Assembly: GCA_951406725.2 (NCBI GenBank)
Contig: OX597827.1
Coordinates: forward strand, 65,224,001 to 65,288,000
Direction: 5' to 3'
Length of the DNA: 64,000 nt
Source of the DNA: Octopus vulgaris
Lineage: Eukaryota
Shown: positions 56,850-64,000 of the stretch, in pieces
How the letters are laid out: each line of letters opens with the position of its first letter
Position numbering within the stretch: the stretch's first letter is position 1
Translations under genes and position numbers: made by a program
Notes under the pieces: model-generated
What the model saw: only the letters and a program-made list of their open reading frames with translations
Databases searched by the model: none
Told to the model about the DNA's origin: nothing

Positions 56850-56933
56850 TTTTATATATATTTCAAATATTCTATGTTTTATATTTTTATGATATCCTTC
56901 GATACATTATGTCGCATGAGGACGAGTCAGGTT

Positions 56934-56986
<53 letters not shown>

Positions 56987-57055
56987 GGAGAAAATGAAGA
57001 ACATGGATAAAATTGACATACAGATGTAAGTCAATTTCTTCATTTTCTCATTCAC

Positions 57056-57606
57056 GCTATTTACTTCCCCCGTCAAATTCACAAACTTAACAGCCCTGGC
57101 CGCCCCATCGTCTCCGCCTGCAACTGCCCCACCGAATTCATCTCCAGATATATTGACCGTGTCCTTTCTTTCCTAGTGGCTTCACCCCCTCTCACCTCCA
57201 TGAATCCTACCACGCACTTCGTTTGTTCAACTCTTTCTCCTTCCCTCCTGGCCCCTTTAAACTTCTCTTCACTTTCGGCATCCAGAGCCTTTACACGGGG
57301 ATACCTCACCACGAGGGGCTGCATGCTCTCCAGCATTTCCTTGAACTTTGACCCAACTCCCAACCCAACACATCTACACTCGTTCGTCTGGCCGAACTCA
57401 TCCTCTCACTCAACTGCTTCCCATTCGCTGGTCATTTCTACCAGCAGTGTGGTCATAGGAACGAGAAGGGTCCCCAACTATGCGAAACTGTCCATTGGCT
57501 ACGTTGGGGCCCAAATATTCTCAAATTTCACTGGTCCCACTCCCGAACTATATGGCTGTTATATTGACGACTGTATCGGTGCGACCTCACTTTCCCTCGA
57601 ACATCT
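57056..57606 (+). pseudogene. Penelope-like element reverse transcriptase fragment
   Basis: IHKLNSPGRPIVSACNCPTEFISRYID, SLYTGIPHHEGL, LAELILSLNCF, IGTRRVPNYAKL and YIDDCIG, with frameshifts. Confidence 0.9.
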
Positions 57607-57777
57607 AAGTTTATATAGGGGGAAAGTTTTGGATATGTAAATAAAGCTCCGATTCCATTATGTCAGTCTCAGTCTAACGACGCTTACTGCTGAGACAGAT
57701 TTTTGGGGTTACATCAAGCACGTGTATCCTATGATCATGGACAGTCATCTTAAGAATCAAGGATTATTGTTATTATT

Positions 57778-57816
<39 letters not shown>

Positions 57817-58080
57817 ACACACATACACGAGCACACACATGCTGGCGCACATATACGTACGTTTCGACTAGTTAAGTCAACGTCGCCACTCTGACGAAGG
57901 TTCAACTCTCTGAAAATTCGAAGACACAATCAACACGATTGTTATTTGGAAAATTCAGTAACTTCTAAACTAGAGTGAGACAGCATGTTCTATGTCTATC
58001 TCCTTAACTTCTTGGAGATTTGAGGCATAATTATACTAATGTATCCATCTGTTCTAATTTAATTAAATTCTATGTCTTTG

Positions 58081-58167
58081 TGCAGCTGAAGATTGCTCTG
58101 CATTTAAAACTGATGTAATGATTGCATTGTTCAATTAAATGGAGTTGCACGAAACGATCGTACTGCA
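58081..58167 (+). ncRNA. Type I hammerhead ribozyme motif with long stem II
   Basis: TGCAG-CTGAAGA-[~58 nt imperfect hairpin]-GAAA-CGATCG-TA-CTGCA: perfect stem I, canonical core, palindromic stem III, GUA triplet. Confidence 0.7.
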
Positions 58168-59149
58168 TTACCTCTGGATATCCTTGTTTCTTATTTTGAT
58201 TATATATATATATATATATATATACAAAAAGAAGAAAAATACAAATATCATTAACTGGCATTGTAACGCACTCCATGTTGAAACAGTTAAACTACACTCC
58301 GTAATTCTTTTACTCTGATTCTGGGAGTGAAGCGTTTCTGAAAGATCAATACCTTTACAATTGAAATATGTATCGAACCCATCTGCGACTGATGTGTTTC
58401 TAACAATTGTTATATCTCAATTTTTCAAACGTAATACTTAGCGAAATTTTCCGAATCATTTTGAACTTTAACATTTCAGAATAATTTCTACATGCCCTGA
58501 AACCAAATTTCGAAAATGGCTGATGTGTTATAGTGTTTGTGTCTGCTGTGTTAATCTTGTTTACCACTAGCAACGTCAACAGTATCTGATCTTTCCCTTC
58601 TATTATATTATATTTTGATGCCTACGCACGTATATACACTTGCACACACATACGTACATACATGTGTATACTAAGATAATCATCTTAAGTCACATGTACG
58701 CTTTCCTACGAATGAACACACGCAAATGTATGCGTGGAAATACATATGCAAATACGTATATTAAAAAAATAAATGACATACCTATACAGAGATGTATATA
58801 TATATATACATACATACATACATACATAGATACATACTCACACGCACACATATACCCACAAATATACACACATATACATACAAACACATATACAACACAT
58901 GTACAAACATACACATACACGAATTTTTAAAAGTACTTCTGAAAAAACTTCAAATGCTTACGAAAATATATTTCCCCGATTGAAATCGGCACTACTATTC
59001 TCTGCAAATTGAACTTTTTTGAATGTTCAATGTGTTCCTCTCAACAAGAATTCTATCTCTTTTAGAATTAGTATAACGTGCTTTATTCTTATAAAGAGCC
59101 ACTTTTGTGACCCTGACGAATGACTCTCTATTCTATACTATCCTTTTCT

Positions 59150-59590
59150 CACTAAGCTAACAGAGGAAGTTATTAACAACGACATCCTCCATCAACTTGA
59201 TTCTCTATGTGTTCTTAGTGGCTACTTGTCTAGATTTCATAAACTTAGATCCACCGCTGATCTACTCTCCTCTGCTACATGCAAAAGGACTGTGCTCATG
59301 GAGAAAGTTTGTGAGAATAGTTGTCCACATCATCAAAGTTTACTACCTCGTTTCATATGTAAAACTTCTGTCGAAACTTATTTGTGGATGTTGCTTGTCT
59401 CACGTTTCTTGGATCTGAGTCTTCCAATTAGGTAATACTACTACGGTGTGTATTGACAGAGTACATTCTGATCCTACTCTTACCACAGCCGTCGTGGGCC
59501 GCAGCTCAGTTTTATCTCTCACTCTTTTCTTTTTGTGTAGCAATGACTTATTAGCCACTACATGCAATGGTACAACACTTTATTCATGTC
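59150..59590 (+). pseudogene. Decayed CR1/Jockey-group LINE RT fragment
   Basis: FHKLRSTADLL...VHHQSLL...VSWI*...TVCIDRVHSDP...SSVLSLTLF...NDL matches the GFR..RST / W..SFL / QGSVLSP.LF..INDL motifs. Confidence 0.7.
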
Positions 59591-60581
59591 TAATATTACC
59601 TTAATATTCTCTTAATATCGTTATCTATACAAGTTATGGCTAGTAATATAATTCTTATATTGTGTCAGTAAAAATACATTCGTCAGTAACTATGAAATAC
59701 AATAAAATATTGGAGAGTGAGATACAGATTATGATCAGACGATAAATATATAAGTATTTTATACAATGTAGAAACTTGAACGTGAAGCACAATTTAATAA
59801 GAAAAGCATTGGAAAAAATATTTTCCATTGAGCCCCAGTTGGGCGATATTGCAGCGTGTTCGTGTTTTATCAGAAGAGCTGATAGAGGTGTAATATGGCA
59901 AAAGCAAAAAAATTTTTTAAATATTTAAAAAATTCGATGGAACATTTTCCTGAAGGGATGTGCGACTGCCAGATGGGATTCCTTACTATCTCAGATATCA
60001 CAGTTCCGTGATTAATATGTACGAATACCAACTGCATTTGCATTGTGTAGAAGTGTGAAGGATGTTTGGTGTTAGGGTATTCTCTGAGACGAAAGAAAAA
60101 AAAACTAAGCCATAGGAATGTAATTCAAATATCTCTTTATAATACAAATAAAGACATCTTACTTCTAGCAGTTGAGAAAGTATTTAATTTTTGCTTTCGT
60201 TTAATGCCAAATAAAAAGAAATTGTTACATAAAGATATATAAAGCATAGTTAGGTTTACCCAGTCCGCGGATGTAGTGTCGGATATGTCCTCATCATTTT
60301 CATATTAAAAGTTGTGTATGGTTACTCTAGGAGTTCCTTAAACGAATTGGAGATCCATCTTGACTTTTTAGTGTACATTCTAATATTTGGTATTCCATTG
60401 TGCAAGTAACTAAGTGAGCGATTACGCAATTCTGAATGTGCGTATAATTGTGCATTGTATACATATGCATATGTGTATAATAATATGTATATGCATATAT
60501 ATATATATATGTTTACGTATATATAAATGATATTCGAGAACATGTGTGTATTGAATATACATACATACATACATATATACA

Positions 60582-60614
<33 letters not shown>

Positions 60615-60748
60615 GTAAATATACAGATTGAGAGAGAGAGATACGTGTGTGTGCATATTTAAAATTGCTCTCCACTTATTCGTTGACAGCTGCTTTGTGT
60701 ATAATCGCATGCGAAGATACACGACGTATAGAGAAATTCACATCCGTT

Positions 60749-60789
<41 letters not shown>

Positions 60790-60915
60790 TTGGGGTGTAA
60801 ATTCTTATCCACATATACATGCAGAGGATGATAAAGATGGAGTGAGCGGGAGGGCAAGAGAGAGAGAGAGAGAAAGAAGGAGAGAGAGAGAAAGAGAGAG
60901 AGATAGGGAAAGAAG

Positions 60916-60947
<32 letters not shown>

Positions 60948-61589
60948 AGGAGTGTTGAGAAGTAGACGGATATGCAGACATGAGAAATATAGCCAGAGAG
61001 AGAGAGAGAGAGAAAAATATATCGAGTTTATTCTTACTTCAAATCAAATTGCTCTCCCCAATGATTCAATAGAGAAACATAATGTGCTGCAAATTTCTTT
61101 CAGAAATAACAAATAAAACTAAATAAAATTAGTGTACTTAAGTGTGTGCAGATAAAATGTAAAGAACGGACTGAAAACACAAAGACAAATCACACATATA
61201 CAACAATAAGAAAAACCGAAAAAAAAAAACCTAAACACATATAATTATTAAACATCAGACAGTTCTGTGCCAAAGAGAAAAACTCTAAATGGTCGCTGAG
61301 CATGCTAGAAACCTGTGCCAAATGAAGTTAAACCAGTAACATTTTTTTCAAAGTAGGAATAGAATAAGCGTAAATTAATTTGAAGAAACGAAACCTGAAA
61401 GAATAGCGTAGCTACGGCTAAAGTCATTGGTGTTTAACTCTACAAAGAGAAGGTCTCCACTAGCTATAAACATCAGATTGGTAGAACACAACGTGCTGGA
61501 AAGGGGGATTCGTATTTAGGATAGAAGGGGACTGTCCTAGTTCCATAATTCTACATATACACACACACATATATATCGTAAATCTTTCA

Positions 61590-61787
61590 GACATTCGACT
61601 GCGACCATGCTGTAGCACTGCTTCGAAGTGATTTAGTAAGAAAATTTATTTTTTAAATCCTGATTCTTATTCTATCGGACCCTTTTGCCGAACCGCTAGG
61701 TTATGGGGATGTAACCACAGCAACACCGGTTGTCAAGTGGTAGTGGTGGAAAAACACAGATACAAATGCACGCACACACACACACAT

Positions 61788-61841
<54 letters not shown>

Positions 61842-61929
61842 GTATTAATAATTGGGTATTATACCAACAGTATATTGGATAAGTATTATTCCTTAGTAGG
61901 TTGGATCCACAATCCCTAACTTACTTGGT

Positions 61930-62005
<76 letters not shown>

Positions 62006-62168
62006 GCAACGGGTTTCTTCCAGTTTCTGTCTACCAAATCCACTCGTAAGGCTTTGGTCGCCCAGTGGCTATAGTATAAGACGCCTGCCCAACGTGTTAC
62101 GCAGTGGAACTGAACCCGGAAAGATGTGATTGGGAGGCAATCTTCTTATTACATATCCATGCCTGCTC
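61590..62168 (-). mobile_element. Old CORE-type SINE with an expanded internal microsatellite
   Basis: Homology to 25802-26218; contains a ~90-bp insert within the (TA)n. Confidence 0.75.
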
Positions 62169-62440
62169 GTATATTGAATTCTAAAAAGAAATGTCAAAAC
62201 TTTCCAAGTTTAAGGTCGAGTAAACTAGCGTTTGGCCGAGTAAACCTATTCCAGTGTTTATATTTTGAAGTTGTGTAAGTTACGGTAAGTTACGGAAACG
62301 CAAGCGAATCAACTTCCATAGTATATTTATGTAACACTTTATTCATTGCCAGAAGTTTGTCAAAGGAGATTTCAATCCAAACAGTACTGATGTTATATAT
62401 GTGAACCTAGGTAGCAACCATAATGAACATGATAAATGTA

Positions 62441-62675
62441 CTGGGTTGGTGCATAATTATGGCGGCTTTTCTCAACAAATTTTATTCAACAAAAACAATA
62501 ACAACATGTAACAAAAACATCTTTAAATGATTATTCCTGATCATATTCACCATCTACTTCAATTACTTTTTCCCGTTTTCTTGGCATTTAGAGATATTTT
62601 TGTTTACTATTGTTAGTGTTTTTTGTTGAATAAAATTTATTAAACATCAGCCGCAATAATTATGCACGAACCCTA
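62441..62675. mobile_element. Mariner-type MITE
   Basis: TIR gggtt(g/c)gtgcataattat(g/t)gcggct, similar to the Hsmar1/MADE type, extended by ttttattcaacaaaaa; TA TSD. Confidence 0.85.
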
Positions 62676-62685
62676 TAATTCTTTT

Positions 62686-63033
62686 TGCTGTGTGGTAAGT
62701 AGCTTGCGTGGTACCTTGGGCAAACGTCTTCTACTATAACCTCAGGCCGACCAAAGCCTTGTGAGTGGATTTGGTAGACGGAAACTGAAAGAAGCCCGTC
62801 ATATATATGTATATGTGTATGTGTGTATATGTTTATGTGTCTGTATTTGTCCCACAACATCGCTTGGTGTGTTTACGTACCCGTAACTTAGCGGTTCGGC
62901 AAACGAGACCGATAGAATAAGTACTAGGCTTCCAAAGAATAAGCCCCGGGGTCAATTTGCTTGATTAAAGGCGGTGCTCCAGCATGGCCGCAGTCACATG
63001 ACTGAAACAAGTAAAAGAGAAAAAGAAAGAGAG
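62686..63033 (+). mobile_element. CORE-type SINE with internal deletions
   Basis: Homology to 25802-26218. Confidence 0.85.
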
Positions 63034-63129
63034 CCTTAGTTTACTTATACACACACATACACAGTGACACACAACGCACATACACACACAATGTGTCTAG
63101 TTGTGTGTGCATGTGTATATATATATATG

Positions 63130-63686
63130 CCCGAGCAAAATGCCCCCCATCCAATGGACGGTGCTGAATCATATCTGCTGAATAAAAACAAACAGTGTTT
63201 TCTTTTCATTAAAAAATAATTAAGCCTGCCTTTATTTCAAAAAATTTTTTGGTTTTGCTAAACGAAGTTAAGGCAAAAAAAAAAAAAAAAAACTTCTTGA
63301 GAAACCAAATAGTCTTTCCTTTCTTCATGCCAAGTTTGAAAAATATCTCGTTTGCATCTTACTTTTTTGGTCTTTTAAATAGACTGCATTTTGTGGCATT
63401 ATTTCAAGCCAGCCGGCTTTTTTTGCGCAAACTGCACTTGCATTTTTCTCGCGTACGCGTTGTATCGATCACAACAGCTGATGTACTTGTGCGGTACAAA
63501 TGCAAGTTCCCACGGCTTTATCGATCGTATTCTTACCTGGAATCAATTTTTGTAAGTTTTTTTCATGACTTATACACGCCTTGATACCGTGGGTATCTAG
63601 ATATGAAATTTGAGCGCATTCGGATGGAGGATACCCGAGATCCTAGAAGACACACAGACAGACAGAACGGATTTTGTATAATAGAT
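63130..63686 (-). mobile_element. Possible non-autonomous Helitron-like element
   Basis: Minus 5' end atctattatacaaaatccgttctgtctgtctgtgtg...ccg..tgcgctcaaattt is typical of Helitron-derived repeats; 3' end not located. Confidence 0.4.
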
Positions 63687-64000
63687 AATTATGAAAATAT
63701 ATTTGAAAACAGAGCATTCCTTCTCGGCACGGAAAATTGTGCAAACTTTGTGATAAAATTTGTTCCAAATTAATTACAGTGGCATTAGATTGATGTATTG
63801 CGGGCATCTTTTCATTTCTCCTCCTTCTCACGCACACTGTCAAGTTGAGACTAGACAGTACAACCATTCAAAGTAAAATACCAATAGTAATTAACTGTTC
63901 CAGCAAAGAGAACACAAATTATTGAACTGCATAGTAGGTCCATGAAATATAACCGATGGTGGTTATATTTTTTTTACGTATTTTGGTTCAGATATATGAA

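Noticed and set aside
57889-57925. Further CTGACGA/CTGATGA matches (also ~39829, ~39843, ~59113 and ~12502)
   Set aside because: No properly spaced GAAA with pairing stems I and III, so not counted as hammerheads.

Overview
AT-rich, microsatellite-saturated metazoan genomic DNA. The SINE families and simple-repeat load point to an octopod cephalopod (Octopus sp.), which is inference from repeat recognition. No intact host protein-coding gene is visible, and nearly all ORF-track entries are (TA)n/(CA)n/(TAA)n/(TAG)n read-throughs or SINE fragments. Recognisable coding sequence is all mobile: two 5'-truncated R4/Dong-clade RLE LINEs head-to-tail in a (TAA)n tract (8.3-11.9 kb), decayed RTE, CR1/Jockey-like and Penelope-like pieces, and a decayed Tc1/mariner transposase. 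There are also many tRNA-derived SINEs, several MITEs, a Helitron, a probable solo LTR and a 5S rRNA copy. A ~7.4 kb segment is present twice on either side of a 100-N gap, probably an uncollapsed haplotype. The most notable signal is about 8 distinct type I hammerhead-ribozyme-like motifs in short Penelope-related elements, one inside a ~411 bp retrozyme-like partial tandem. Splice and promoter signals hint that the left two-thirds is intron of a large minus-strand gene. Coordinates were read by eye, so element ends are approximate unless TSD/TIR sequences are quoted.
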